Part shown: piece by piece, positions 1 to 13,592 of the stretch
How the letters are laid out: every line of letters starts with the position of its first letter
Numbering within the stretch: the first letter of the stretch is position 1
DNA from: Octopus vulgaris
Lineage: Eukaryota
Reading direction: 5' to 3'
NCBI GenBank assembly: GCA_951406725.2
Contig: OX597832.1
Location: 64,294,001-64,358,000 of the forward strand
Length of the DNA stretch: 64,000 bases
Translations under genes and position numbers: made by a program
Notes under the pieces: model-generated
The model's database searches: none
Told to the model about the DNA's origin: nothing
The model's input: the letters and a program-made list of their open reading frames with translations, nothing else

Positions 1-19
1 TACCAGTAATAAATTATTG

Positions 20-480
20 CTTCAAAGCTGCACAATTTGTCTACAGCGCATGTATTCGGTTTCACGCCTGAGCATGGCATTATTTTTGATGCGTGTGCAT
101 GCATACGTTTGTACGCGCGATAATTTGTCTTTCATGTTTACAGTGAATCTATTGCTAATTATAAGGTAGTCCTGCATCTACGTTTACCTCTAATACTGAA
201 TGTGAAATATAATATGGCCAGAAACATCTTCACACTAATAATAAGAAATACCGGCGAGAGATAAATCTGAGTAGATTCTAAAACTGTATCTTTCTTTATC
301 TTAGGACAATCAATATCAGTGACTGAGTCTCCCTCGCGGACATGGTCGGAAGATGAGGATGGCTAAAGAGACAGAAATGTGTGTGGGAGTCCGTTTGATG
401 GAAGCACTGAGTAGTTATAGTATTTTGATGCCCTCTTCCATAAGCGGGATTTTTTCCATGGTAACTGCAGTGAATTTGTC
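20..480 (+). pseudogene. EGF-repeat relic block
   Basis: 195: TECEI*YGQKHLHT; 322: TESPSRTWSED (cf. TECPSGTWGEDC); RNVCGSPFDGS; 460: GNCSE. Confidence 0.55.
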
Positions 481-537
481 TTCAGAAGTTAAAATATTTT
501 AACTAGCCTAAATTTCCTTTCTTCCTCATCAATGCTA

Positions 538-540
<3 letters not shown>

Positions 541-636
<96 letters not shown>

Positions 637-670
637 TGTGTGTGTGCGTGCGTGTACGTGTGTGTGTTTG
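541..670. repeat. Compound (TA)n(TG)n microsatellite
   Basis: Seen directly. Confidence 0.98.
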
Positions 671-679
671 TGCGTATGT

Positions 680-1010
680 AAAACTGGGACGCTGTGTGAT
701 TGTTTTTCCTCTATTTCTATTTCGTTTTCGTTGTGCAGAAAGATCCGCACTGAGTCAGCGGTTCTAGGAGATATTTCATTCCAGCCGTGACATTCAAGCT
801 CTTTTTAGTTATCTAATTTGCTCTTCTTTTTTTTGTTCAGAGACCATAAATTGTTTCTGTCTGAGAAATGTTTGACTGCTATGTCTTGCAGGTCTATCGA
901 CAACATCAGTGCTCCGTAGGTGACATGATTATGTCTCTAGTTCCATCCAGTGATTTAATATCACCCAGTTACTGCTGCAGGCTGGTTTACATTGGAGGTT
1001 GTGCTCTTTT
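680..1010 (+). pseudogene. EGF-repeat relic block
   Basis: FRFRCAERS; CLAG/VYRQHQCSV; AAGWFTLE, in shifting frames. Confidence 0.4.
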
Positions 1011-1317
1011 ACAGATCAGAAATATCTGTGTTATCGGAACGAAATATATTCATTTCATATTCAATATAACCAACGTATAACATACACCACCTTTTTCTAA
1101 TAAATTTAGACGAAATTTTTAAAACAAACCGAGAATATATAAACACCAAAATATTGTAATATACCACTCATTCGATTCCTGTGTGTGTGAATGTGTTTCT
1201 ACGTACAGTCTCATTAACACATACACCACGTACATAAAGTGACTGATTTGAATTCTGTGAGGAAGAAATTAAATAAGACTCAAAAATATACAAAATATTT
1301 ATGCATATTTTGTATGT

Positions 1318-1319
<2 letters not shown>

Positions 1320-1374
<55 letters not shown>

Positions 1375-1385
1375 GTAATATACGC

Positions 1386-1446
<61 letters not shown>
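1320..1446. repeat. (AAT)n followed by (AT)n microsatellites
   Basis: Seen directly. Confidence 0.98.
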
Positions 1447-1450
<4 letters not shown>

Positions 1451-1795
1451 TAAATTTAATATGGGTTTCATAATGTTGAGCGAATATTCCGTTAAAATTT
1501 CCAGAAGAACTGATGTCTCTTAACTAACTTCACAGAACTGTTGGAATAGAAGAAAAACGAAAAACTAAAAGTAGAATTTAGTTGAAGATGTATGAGCTGC
1601 CAGTGAAAGATCTTAGCTTACAGCCTTGACGTACATACATACATTTATACACATACACGTATATATACATATATACAAACGTATATACTTCTAATCAGAT
1701 AAATACGCAAGCAGCCGTATAAATGCACATATATGTATGGTCATATACGTGTATATGTCTGTCAGTCTGTCGGTCTGTCTGTCTGTCTGGCTCTT

Positions 1796-1858
<63 letters not shown>

Positions 1859-2024
1859 GGGGCACACACACAAATTGTGTTATATTATGTATGTAAGCAA
1901 GCAGATATATATACATTCACATACTCTCAGGTCCATCTCAATTATTTGTCTCTGAGTCTCCCTCCCCCTTCTATATATGTAATGGTCTCTGTGCCTGTGT
2001 TTGGATAAGTAGGTGTGTATAAAT

Positions 2025-2200
<176 letters not shown>

Positions 2201-2666
2201 CTATAAATATATGAGTGTATGTATGTCTACATACGTGTTTTATATTGTATGGAAAAATCGAATTTCCAAATTTAATTTTATTTGTTGAATATTTTCTGAA
2301 TAAGTGAAGTTTTGTTTCCAGCATAAAATTCTTAGAATAATAACTACAGCATCGCGCTCGCTAGCATGTGTGGTAAATACCAACAGCGACGAAGGCTGCA
2401 TCGTGTGAATGTGAAACAACAAACTCTATAATGTGAACAACAACAAACGCATAGATGAGAACAAACAAGCTTACAAAGTGTTATAAGTGAAAATAACGTT
2501 TGGCAATGAAAAGAACGCATCAAGAACGGTAATAACGAGAACGAATAAGAAAACAAAATAAGCTTTATGTTTGACATTAAGCCAATACCGATAACAAAAC
2601 CTACGAAAATTTAACAAAAACCACCGAAAACGAGAAAAAGACAATCACTTGTCAAATATAATTGGC

Positions 2667-2732
<66 letters not shown>

Positions 2733-2781
2733 CTTAATGTATATATACGATATAATTAAATGAATGCGTATATATATATAT

Positions 2782-2838
<57 letters not shown>

Positions 2839-3269
2839 TATATAATATGTGTATGTATGTATATATACATATATATTCTTGAAATCTGGCATCATATAAG
2901 AAAATTCTATTCAACGCTTGATAAATTAGTTGTACACGATATGAAACCAGATATTAATTATTTTCTATTTTTATATATTTAATTTTATGTTGTTTTTTTT
3001 TAAATTTTAAGTTAAGTAATAAGTTTGGGCTTTATTGCTTAAGTTTGTTTCGATTTCCACGCCACAGCCCAGCGTCATAGGAAAGTGTCTACTAGTGTAG
3101 CCTCACTCCGACTTAATTCTTACCAGTAAAACTTGTATGGCGGAGACTGTTAGAATCTCATCAGAAGGGACTGTGTGATTTGACTGAGGCAAGTTTGTAT
3201 TGCCGTTTTGGGTTTAACACTACAGTTTTCCGGCATACGATTCGAATTTTTCTGACCAAAATTTACGCA

Positions 3270-3412
3270 AAGGCCCAGTGGTTAGGGCAGCGGATTCGCG
3301 GTCGTAGGATCGCGGTTTCGATGCCCACACCGGGCGTTGCGAGTGTTTATTGAGCAAAAACACCTAAAGCTCCACGAGACTCCGGCAGGGGGTGGTGGCG
3401 AAGCCTGCTGTA
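3270..3412 (+). mobile_element. tRNA-derived SINE 5' part (family C)
   Basis: A-box-like GGCCCAGTGG and B-box-like GGTTTCGATGCCC; same head at 10256 and inverted at ~10325-10415. Confidence 0.8.
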
Positions 3413-3479
3413 AAAGAAAGAGGGAAATACGGTGCTCCAGCATGGCCACAGTCACATGACTGAAACAAGTAAAAGAGCT

Positions 3480-3870
3480 AATCCACCTTTGGACGAACAG
3501 AAACTATGAGAGATGCTGCTGGATTTGGAAAGATAATGACAATGTTTGGGTGTTTATACTACATGTTTGCACTATTTGTTGTGACGATTTCTCTGCCGAA
3601 AATTACGTCACGAGTGCGTTGCTTTTTAATATAACCAGTCTTTTACAAGCATTAAGGTGAGGTCTCCGTTCTATGGCCAACCTTTGTCCTTCTCATCTGT
3701 CTTAGAGGCCGTGAAAAGCCCGAAAAAGGGTTATACACGGAATCTTCTTCCCCCTTTTGATGCAGCCATAAATACGTGCCAGGTTAAATTCATTTCGCTG
3801 ATCGGAACAACGTCGATTAATGGTGCCACGCAATAACTCTGAGAAACAATATTTGGTCTTCATAACTGAC
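3480..3870 (+). pseudogene. EGF-repeat relic block
   Basis: QCLGVYTTCLHY; FYGQP; ICLRGREKPEKGLYTES; CSHKYVPG; IFGLH. Confidence 0.5.
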
Positions 3871-4209
3871 GTCATTTCGGTTTATGTTAACGCATTATTT
3901 TGAGAGTGAGAGGAAAAAAAACAAACGATCTGATCTAGCCAACGGGAGGTTGTCTCATTCATTAACCAATGATATCCAGCCTCACCTAGAAGCTCTCTAT
4001 ATATGGCTTTATTAAGTGCTGAAATTTCTTTTGATCGTAACAGAAGGATAAAAGCAGGATAATGAGCAGACAATAGAAAACATTTAGCATTACAAGAAAT
4101 CTTGTACGGTGCTTTCATTTGCATTCGATCTCAGTCTGCTTCTGGTATCGATAAATAATTGATACGTTTTCATTAACAGAAAAGCATCATAATTGAGAAG
4201 AATATTTAT

Positions 4210-4540
4210 AGGCGCAGGCGTAGCTACAGGCGCAAGCGTGGCTGTGTGGTAAGAAGCTTGCTTACCAACCACATGGTTCTAGGTTCAATCCCAGTGCGCT
4301 GCACCTTGGGCAAGTGTCTTCTACTATAGTCGACCAAAGCCTTGTGGGAAAATTTTGTAGACTTAAACTGTGTGTGTGTATTTGTCCCCCTAACGTCGCT
4401 TGACAACGGATGCTGGCGTGTTTCCGTCCCCGTAACTTAGCGATTCGGTAAAAGTGACCGATAGAATAAGTACTAGGCTTACAAAAAATAAGTGCTGTGG
4501 CCACAATCAAATGAATGAAACAAGCAAAAGAATAAAGGAA
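4210..4540 (+). mobile_element. SINE family A (tRNA-like head, internal microsatellite, CR1-like tail)
   Basis: GTGGCTGTGTGGTAAG...GGTTCAATCCC...CACCTTGGGCAAGTGTCTTCTACTATAG...CCGATAGAATAAGTACTAGGCTTAC; more than 12 copies in the window. Confidence 0.9.
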
Positions 4541-4619
4541 TAACACGTTTATATTATCGATCTGGCTACGTGTTCTATACCTTGTATGTGTGTGTGTGTG
4601 TGTGTATATATATATGTAG

Positions 4620-4908
4620 TGATGCGTGGCCTAGTGGTTAGGATATTCGAATCACAGTCATGAGTTCATTTTCCGGTGGCGCGTTGTGTACTTCAGTAAG
4701 GTACTTTACCTCACGTTGCTCCGACCCACTTAGCTCGCAAAAATGAGTAGTACCTGCAATTTAAAAGGGGCCAGCCTGGTCACGCTGACTCCCCCTGTGA
4801 ACTACGTTAAGTCTACGCGTGTCTGTGGAGTGCTCAGCCATTTGCACATTGATTCCACGAGCAAGCTGTTCCGTTGATCCGTTCCAGTGGAACCCTCGTC
4901 GTCGTAAT
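4620..4908 (+). mobile_element. SINE family C copy
   Basis: tRNA-like head GCGTGGCCTAGTGGTTAGG; 3' part CACGAGCAAGCTGTTCCGTTG...CTCGTCGTCGTAA shared with 10560-10678. Confidence 0.8.
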
Positions 4909-5329
4909 TATATACTTGTATATACAATATATTTATACGTGCATATGCAAATATAAGTTTATACACACGGACTCATAGATACATACAAAAGCTTTCACAG
5001 AGGCACAGATAGACATACTTTAAACGACTCTGCGAATATATATTCGCAAACACACACACAGGCAGCCCTAAATGCCCTAAAAGCACATATGTATGTTATT
5101 GTTCAGTTTTATTTCAAGATTTCAATAGAGAAAGAGCCGCTTTCTAACCTAGATACAAAGATGTGCAGATTAGTATATTTTATTTTATGTGTGTATTCTC
5201 ATGCATATAGTTGTATATCTAGACATCATCATATATATTTAAAAGACAAACTTCTGGAGAGTTTTAAAAATTTTACCGTTCCAATGATCGATTTAATCTG
5301 TAGTCTTCGAATGTATGTATACGCAAAGA

Positions 5330-5530
5330 AATGCTATTAAATATAATAACCATTTTTGTACCACACTTAAGGTATATGGTATATACACCTTTGGGAGGCA
5401 TGATGTTGTGGATTTTGTCTGAGAGGAACTTTCTTCATAGACATGTTCTGTTATAAACCCAATATATATTGGAGCCAAGAGACCAGCATCTTGCTCCGCA
5501 GTGAGTCTCGAGAACATCAGACTAGGTCCG
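5330..5530 (+). pseudogene. EGF-repeat relic block
   Basis: 5351: HFCTTLKVYGIYTFGRH; 5407: CGFCLRGT; TCSV; YIGAK; ASCSAVSLENI. Confidence 0.65.
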
Positions 5531-5941
5531 GTCTTCTTAAAACTAGTTAATGATGTGTAATGTCAATATATATATATATTCGAATATTCATGTTGTCGTT
5601 GAATGCTCAAAATGAGAAGTAGGTAGAGAGCCGACAACTTTCTTGTTTCATTACTTAGTGTTACTTGTCATGTTTTCAATTTTTTCTCTCGTTATTAGGT
5701 TGTGTATTTAACTCGCTTGTTTTCGTATTTCATGTTATTTACATTTGGTGACGTCCTGTACCCATATATGCATATATATATATATATGTGCAACAGAACT
5801 CAAAACATGAGTATACATACGTTTTTAATCGACAAAGCTTTGTGCCAACATGCGAAATTCTCAGCCCTTGTGTAATTCTGTAACTTCTGCCGATTAGTAA
5901 TACAAAAAAGGAAAACGTGTGTGTCCTCCTCCCCACCTCTC

Positions 5942-5979
<38 letters not shown>

Positions 5980-6968
5980 GTATGTATAAATATATACACA
6001 CATATATATAATAATGTATAATTATATATAATGTGTATATAAATATATACATATACGTATATAGACATACGTAGATGTAAACACACATACATAAATACAC
6101 ATACATGAATATATATAAATATATACACACACACAGATACATATGTACATAAACACACACACGCACACATATATACGTACACACGCACACTTAATTGCAT
6201 AATTGCCAAGTGTGTTAGGAGCCTCTCAGTGCAGAGATTAAACCCTGACAAAGTTAAGTGGGCCTTCATTTAAGAAGGCCAGGTTGCTGGGCAATGGGCC
6301 AAAGAGGTCAGCCAAAGTTTAGTAAAACTCATAATACACACAGCAGAAACCATTGGCGTATGAAATTGTGTCGAGGTCGACTTTAACAAAAAGTGCTGAG
6401 ATGATGACCACAAATTTCACGAAATTATTAAGTCTTTTATTAAGAGTGAATAATAGTGTACAATATTCTATGTGTGTCATTTTGACAACTGCTGTGAATT
6501 AAATTGATTTCGAAAGTCGCTAATTTCTATGGGTTTAATATGTAAGTCATTTGTTGTCTGTTTAGGAGGTCCGGTTCACAATTAAGTAGATGCAGTTTCA
6601 GTTCCGCTCTGCGGTTCAACTTCTGTCATAATTCTGGTTTGACCAAAAGTTTTTCAGTGAAATTTAGTTGCCACAAACGTACGAGGGAACTTTCTGGAGT
6701 GACTATTGTTTCCGTTCGTGGATGATTACTCTTAGCCATTTACAAGTATTAAGACTGAAATATTCTGGTCTTTGGGTAACTTTAGCGAAGACGATTGTGT
6801 TGCAGGTATTCATTAGTGTTTGAGCATATCTCCCTTTCTTCTTTCAGTAATTCCGGAGGTGTCACCAACATATTGGGTTTCCCCACTCCTCCTCCTGCTC
6901 CTTTTCGCCTCGTCTTTCTCCCATTATTCTTCCTAACTTGGCGCTTCAACTTAAGTACCTAATTCAAC

Positions 6969-7016
<48 letters not shown>

Positions 7017-7023
<7 letters not shown>

Positions 7024-7137
7024 CCGATAGAATAAGAACTAGGCTTACAAAGAATAAGTCCTGAGGTCGATTTGCTCTACTAAAGGCGATGGTCCAGCAT
7101 GGCCGCAGTAAAATGATTGAAACAAATAAAAGAATAA
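7017..7137 (+). mobile_element. SINE family A 3' fragment
   Basis: GACCGATAGAATAAG...CCAGCATGGCCGCAG...GAAACAAATAAAAGAAT. Confidence 0.85.
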
Positions 7138-7183
7138 TATATATATAATTTACTATTTAATTGAATGCGACTCATCCATTTCC

Positions 7184-7242
<59 letters not shown>

Positions 7243-7246
<4 letters not shown>

Positions 7247-7445
7247 TAATCCAAACAAGAAAACAAAAAACAACAACGCAAGGATGTGGAACAAATAAAG
7301 TATTATTGGACGCTCAGGAAAGAAGGGAAGAAGGAGGGTTTGACGTTTCGAGCGGAGCTCTTCGTCGGAAACATAGGAGAAAGAAACATCCCGAGATGGG
7401 AAGGACAGAGGAAAAAAAATTGCAGGTAGTCTACACGAGGTCACA
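7243..7445 (-). mobile_element. Penelope-like terminal repeat fragment (hammerhead family 2)
   Basis: Homologous to 28474-28630 in the opposite orientation; carries a hammerhead motif; flanked by (TA)n. Confidence 0.65.
7338..7372 (-). ncRNA. Minimal type I hammerhead ribozyme motif, U4C variant
   Basis: GUUU-CCGACGA-A-GAGC(UCC)GCUC-GAAA-CGUC-AAAC: stem I GUUU/AAAC, stem II GAGC/GCUC, palindromic ACGU stem III, GUC site. Confidence 0.65.
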
Positions 7446-7495
7446 TACATATATATATATATATATATACATATATATATACATATATATATATA

Positions 7496-8040
7496 TATAC
7501 ATTCTGATGCACAGCCTTGAACAATTTTTATTCGAATGAATCGACACCAGGACTTGTACTTAAGCCTAGTACTTATGCTACTGGTCTCTTTGCCAAACCG
7601 CTATGTTTCGGGGACGCACACACACATATATATATGAGGAGCTTTTCTCGCGTTCCGTCTACCAAATCCACTAACAAGGCTTTGGTCAGCCCAAGGCTAT
7701 AATAATAGACATTATATATCCAAGGTGCCACGTACGTGCAGGCGTGGCCGTGTGGCAGGAAGGTTTCTTCCCGACCATATGGTTCGGATTTAGTCCCACG
7801 ACGTGGCACCTTGGACAGATAATGCCTATTATTATAGCCTTGGGCTGACCAAAGCCTTGTTAGTGGATTTGGTAGACGAAACGCGAGAGAAGCTCGTCAT
7901 ATATATGTGTATGTGTGTGCGTCCCCGAAACATAGCGGTTCGGCAAAGAGACCAGTAGCATAAGTACTAGGCTTAAGTACAAGTCCTGGTGTCGGTTCAT
8001 TCGAATAAAAATTGTTCAAGGCTGTGCTTCAGTATGTATC
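7496..8040. repeat. Inverted duplication of a SINE family A copy (~235-bp arms)
   Basis: 7496-7732 is a near-perfect reverse complement of 7801-8040; the spacer is the SINE head. Confidence 0.92.
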
Positions 8041-8729
8041 CATGCATGTGTGTGTGTGTGTGTGTGTGTGTGTATTCGACTAAAACCTGATCTTCCATAG
8101 CACTTGATTAGTATTTATTCGTTCCTGGAAGGAGGAATAATAAGAAAACTTTGGTGTTACACAGACCAAAGTCTGAAGAAAAAGACACAACGCAGATTAA
8201 ATTAAATACAATAAATTATCTAATTTTTATCCATCCACTTAAATGAATCAGAGAATATCTTTGATAAAGGAGCGACCAGAATGAAGACAATAGCGACGCT
8301 AGAAATAAAAGGAAGAGAAAAATAAGAAGAATAAGAAACAAAAAAGAAAAGGAAGAAGGGGAATAAAGAAGGGACGAAGGAAGAGGAGAAGGCTAAGAAC
8401 TAAGAAGAAGGCGGAAGCGGCGGCAACGATGATGGTAGCAGGTGCGATGCTGATGATTACGACGTATAAAACGATGTTTTACCGAAAGAGCTCTCTACCT
8501 GATATACTTCAACGGCACACCTGACAATATTATTAGTTAATTGGAAATTTTAGGGCTTGCTTTCATTAGTTAGAACACGATGGTGCTGTTGCTCTTGTTG
8601 TTGTTATTGGTGGTGGTTCTGGCTGTAAGGGAAGAAGTGTTTTTATAATACGGCAAAAATCTGAAGATTCTTACTTGGTTACATTACAAGGTACAGTCAT
8701 CAATCATTTGTGCTGGAATGAAATTAGTG

Positions 8730-8910
8730 TGTACTGTGGATATGGAAAGCAGGAAAACGAATCAAATGTGCCCCCCCCCCCACTCACGCTGCAATGTACT
8801 GCTACATAAATAATAGATGAGTTGTTGGAATAACCAGAATATTCTGGTAAATATATAGACTTTTCAGACGGAACAGAAAATGGCAAAATAGGTGAAAGAA
8901 GCAAAGGCTG
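8730..8910 (+). pseudogene. EGF-repeat relic block
   Basis: 8732: YCGYGKQENESNVP; LQCTAT*; 8840: YSGKYIDFSDGTENGKIGERSK (cf. SGKC...GCENGKIGERC). Confidence 0.6.
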
Positions 8911-8939
8911 AGAGACAAAGGAAAAGAGAATATATTGAA

Positions 8940-9011
<72 letters not shown>

Positions 9012-9027
9012 ATATATACATATAAAT

Positions 9028-9590
9028 AAGGCGGCGAGCTGGCAGAAACGTTAGTTCGCCGGGCGAAATGCTTAGCGTTATTTCGTCTGTCTTTACTTTC
9101 TGAGTTCAAATTCCGCCGAGGTCGACTTTGTCATTCATCCTTTCGGGGTCGATAAATCAAGTACCAGTTGCGTACTTGTGTCGATCTAATCGACTGGCCC
9201 CCTCCCACAAAATTTCGGGCCTTGTGCCTAGAATAGAAAAGATTATTTAAAGGTGGCGAGCTGACAGAAGCGTTAGCACGCCATGCGAAATACTTAGCGG
9301 TATTTCGTCTGCGTTACGTTGTGAGTTCAAATTCCGCCGAGGTCGACTTTGCCTTTCATCCTTTCGGAGTCGATAAATCAAGTACCAGTTACGCACTGGG
9401 GTCGATGTAATCGACTTAGTCCGTTTGTCCTCTCTGTGTTTAGCCCCTTGTGGGTAGTAAAGAAATAGGTATTCCCAATTCCTCCGAGGTCGGCTTTGTC
9501 TTTCATCCTTTCGGGGTCCAAAAATTAAGTACCAGTTGCGTACTGGAGTCAATCTACTCGATTGGCCTCCTCCCCCCAAACTTCCGGCCT
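9028..9590 (+). mobile_element. Three tandem copies of SINE family B
   Basis: AAGGCGGCGAGCTGGCAGAA...GAGTTCAAATTCC...GAGGTCGACTTTGCCTTTCATCCTTTCGGGGTCGATAAATCAAGTACCAG at 9028, 9249 and (partial) 9475. The central domain resembles the Meta-type conserved SINE domain (from memory, unverified). Confidence 0.9.
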
Positions 9591-9689
9591 TTCAATGTAT
9601 CATGTATATATCAATCAATGAACAACTGTTGTCAATTGTGGAACACGACTGCTGTATACTGTGTACTAGTTTAATCATAATAAATATAG

Positions 9690-10070
9690 ACGCAGCTGTT
9701 AAGTAAGAAGCTTGTTTTCCAACCACAATGTTCCGGGTTCAGTCTTACTGCGTGGTGCCTTGCTCGAGTGGTTTCTGCTATAGCAGAGTAGATTTGGTTG
9801 AACGTGAAAGAAGTCTGTCGTATATATATGTTTGTATGACTGTCTTTGTCCCCTCATCATGACGACCGATGTTGGAGTGTTTACGTCCCCGTAATTTATG
9901 ATATTGCGGCTGAGGTCATGATACACATTCATACAAACTTTTTATTCTTTTATTTGTTTCAGTCATTTGACTGCTGCCTTTAGTCGAAATAATCGACCCC
10001 TGGACTTATTCTTTGTAAGCTTAGTACTTATTCTATCGGTTTCTTTTACCGAACCGCTATGTAACGGGGG
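9690..10070. mobile_element. Two degenerate SINE family A fragments (+ then -)
   Basis: Head and body match on + at 9690-9900; 3' end match on - at 9940-10070. Confidence 0.8.
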
Positions 10071-10101
10071 AGGGGAGAAACACAGACATATATATTACGC
10101 T

Positions 10102-10164
<63 letters not shown>

Positions 10165-10197
10165 GTCACTCAGTGGAACTAAACCAGGTGCTAAGCT

Positions 10198-10254
<57 letters not shown>

Positions 10255-10255
10255 A

Positions 10256-10678
10256 TGGAGGATCAATGGCCAAGTGGTTAGAGCCATGACTTGCGGTCAT
10301 AGGATCGGGCGTTGTCAGTGTGTACGCTCAATAAACACTCACAACGCTCGGTCTGGGAATCGAAACCGCGATCCGAAGACCGCAAGCCCTAACCACTGGG
10401 CCATTGCGCCTCCACAGTTTAGTATATATGAATTTATATATATATTGAGCGCAAACACGTAAATCTCAACGAGGCTCCGTTATGGGGTGGTGTTGCGAAC
10501 GCTGCTCTATTCTTTCACCACAACTTTCTTTCTGCTGTACCTGTATTGTCATAGTGAACCTCGCCGGGAACTCCGTATTAGTGGAGTGCTTAGCTACCTA
10601 CACGTTAATCTCACGAGCAGGCTGTTCTGTTGTTCGGAACAACTGGAACTCTCGTCGTCGTAACCGACGGAGTGTCAC
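10256..10678 (+). mobile_element. SINE family C interrupted by an inverted copy of its own head
   Basis: Head 10256-10325, inverted head ~10328-10415, body resumes ATTGAGCGCAAACAC at ~10444. Confidence 0.75.
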
Positions 10679-10879
10679 GATATACTAGACTATCCGTTTC
10701 CCAGTTTTGTTTCATGGGTCTTTTCCGGGTTATTTCGCATGCTTTCGACATCGAAATCACGCGTAAACGTTTCCCACAGAAAAGGAAAGATTTGACTGCT
10801 ATTTCTTACACGCCTTGCTACCAGGTAGCAATTTGTCTGCCTCTTTCTTTCTTTTTTTTTTGTGGTCCCTTACTTCACA

Positions 10880-11130
10880 GTGGCCCAAAGGCTTGTTTGG
10901 GACAAAATCGTACAGAATTAAAGGAACACCTTGGGTAATGTCTTCCTAGATACAATATGTCTGAAAATGTATAGATATAATGGTTGCGAACGGAATATTC
11001 TTGATCCGCAGATCAGAGTTAAACCTGGCGATTGCATGTGAGCTGGGTCTTTATAAGAAGAGCAAAAACCACAAATGTGAACCGGATGCCTAGAACGAAC
11101 CATTCGCAAACTTCAGTGGACGGACAGATA
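10880..11130 (+). pseudogene. EGF-repeat relic block
   Basis: WPKGLFG/QNRTEL; KCID/NGCER; KCE/GCLE across frameshifts. Confidence 0.5.
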
Positions 11131-11738
11131 ACATTTCAAACCAGCTGACAACGTCTTTAGCAAAGAACAAGCAAACAAATACCTTCTCGCATAAGAATAA
11201 AGCGACATGACATTAGACGGCCATCTTGATTTTGTTTGTCCTTTTCGAAACAATTAACCGAAATATTATATTGCAGACGTAAAGTGAAAAACATTTTGCA
11301 TATGGAGAAGTTTAACTTGTTAGATTTGCGATATACATTTATTTATTCGTTTTGTATTCTTCCTCTCTTCTGTTTTCTCTTTTAGATATTTTTGTTTGCA
11401 TGTATATCTAAAGACTTATTTATTTGCCCATCAAACACGCGAGGAAATTTCTTAGAGAGAGAATACATAGCACGTATAACGAGCCCCCTACGCCAGCACT
11501 TAGACATACCACATAAAAAGGGGGGGGGGGAAGAAACAGAAAATAACAAAAAGGACGTAAATATATATAGCCAAAAAATTCTAACGAAATCAAGGAAAAG
11601 AAAAATTCGAAACCACAAAAAATTCAGAGCAACTCCACTTTTCAATCTGCTGTCATCTCCTTGTCAAGTCAATCAGTTTTGTTTTTACCTTTACTTTCGT
11701 TTCGCTTTTCCAATTTTTATTATTACCATTATTATTAC

Positions 11739-11792
<54 letters not shown>

Positions 11793-12115
11793 TGTTGTTG
11801 TCGTTGTTGTTATTTTCTTTGGCATTTTGCTATTTTCACGTTATGTCCGGTGAGAGGCCTCAAAACACTTTAATGTCGGAGACGTGTATAATATTCCTGT
11901 TATTGCCGCTTTAAGACTGTTGTTGTAGGTGGCGCTGTTGTTGAGGTTGGCTGCTGTTATTTTGTTTATTTGTTTTACTGCTGTTTACTGTGATTTTCGA
12001 GAAATAGAAATATGGAAGTAAGCGGTATATGTGTGAGTGTTTATGTATGTATGTATTTGTGGTTATACATATGTATATGAATACATACGTACGTATACAT
12101 AAATACATACATACA

Positions 12116-12151
<36 letters not shown>

Positions 12152-12616
12152 CAATGGCATTTTACATACATATATATATACACGCACACATATATTTATT
12201 TACACACATTTGCATATATATCTACACACAAAGGGACAGAGATAGACATACATAGGTATGCAAATATACATCCCCATACACACATATTATACAGAGAGAG
12301 TGAGAGAAAGAGAGAATGCGCGATAGAGAGACACAAATTCTCATGAAATCTGAAAAGACTAAAAAGAATATTCACCTGTCAATAGATTTGCCTTCGATTC
12401 ACGTGTGTGTTGGGTGGTGGTGGTCGTCGTTGACGTGTGTGTATGTGTGTTTGTGTGTGTGTATGTGTGTGTATGTGTGTGTTTGTGAGTGTGTATGTGT
12501 GTGTGTATGTGTGTGTGTATGTGTGTGTTTGTGAGTGTGTGTGTTTGCGTGTCTTCATATATGCGATGGAGATTTAAGAAGTGAGAAGTTGCCTCACTTA
12601 TATAGGCTCTTGAATA

Positions 12617-12655
<39 letters not shown>

Positions 12656-13172
12656 CCGCAACAACAACAACAACAACAGCGACGGCGACAAGAGCCTCGA
12701 TATCACAACCTGGTAAATGTTTCGTTTTCTCCCACGATAATAGATTAACATTGACATGTATCGATACGTATTAAGTAAGATGTTTGAGATAAAATAAAAT
12801 AAAAACAAAACAAAAACAAATCAAAACCAAAATCTCCCCCCCCCCCCAAAAAAAAAACCAAAAAGTAAAACACGCAAAAAGGCACCAAGAAAAATGTCTT
12901 AGTGACATTAGAAGGAACATTTGTGTGTTTCATGAAGTATTGTTTTTGTATGTTCTTCTGCAAAAGTTGTTGATGTTGGTGTTGCTGATGTGATTGATTT
13001 TGTTGTTGTGAATTTCTTGTTTTCTATATGTACGTATACTTTTGTGTTTTTATTTTTATTTTTGTTTTCTTTCTTTTATTTCTCATGCAGAACGTACTGT
13101 GTTAGAGATTGTAGACAGTATTCGGAAAAGTGACAGGTTAGCGAAAGCTTTTCAAAACGATACACGCACACA

Positions 13173-13214
<42 letters not shown>

Positions 13215-13303
13215 CATGTCTAACAACGTCTACTGATATAACTATATCTATTTCCCAATCTAAATAATTATGTCTATATAACGACGCATATACGTGTTTG
13301 TGA

Positions 13304-13358
<55 letters not shown>

Positions 13359-13556
13359 TAGACGCAAACACTTACAGATATATACGTATTAATGTATCGT
13401 TATATAAGAGTAGCAAGAAAAATGAATATATATTTTATCATGTGTTAACATTATGTGATCTAGATTTCAACAGGCTGAGTCCACGCGCACGTATATATAT
13501 ATATATATATATACCCTTTCTAGCGTTATATATATATATACACACACATGTATATA

Positions 13557-13592
<36 letters not shown>

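Noticed and set aside
10830-10940. Strong-looking acceptor, 54-nt exon and GTAATG donor
   Set aside because: No partner exons. The peptide is better explained as a frameshifted EGF relic that continues past the donor, though a decayed true acceptor cannot be excluded.
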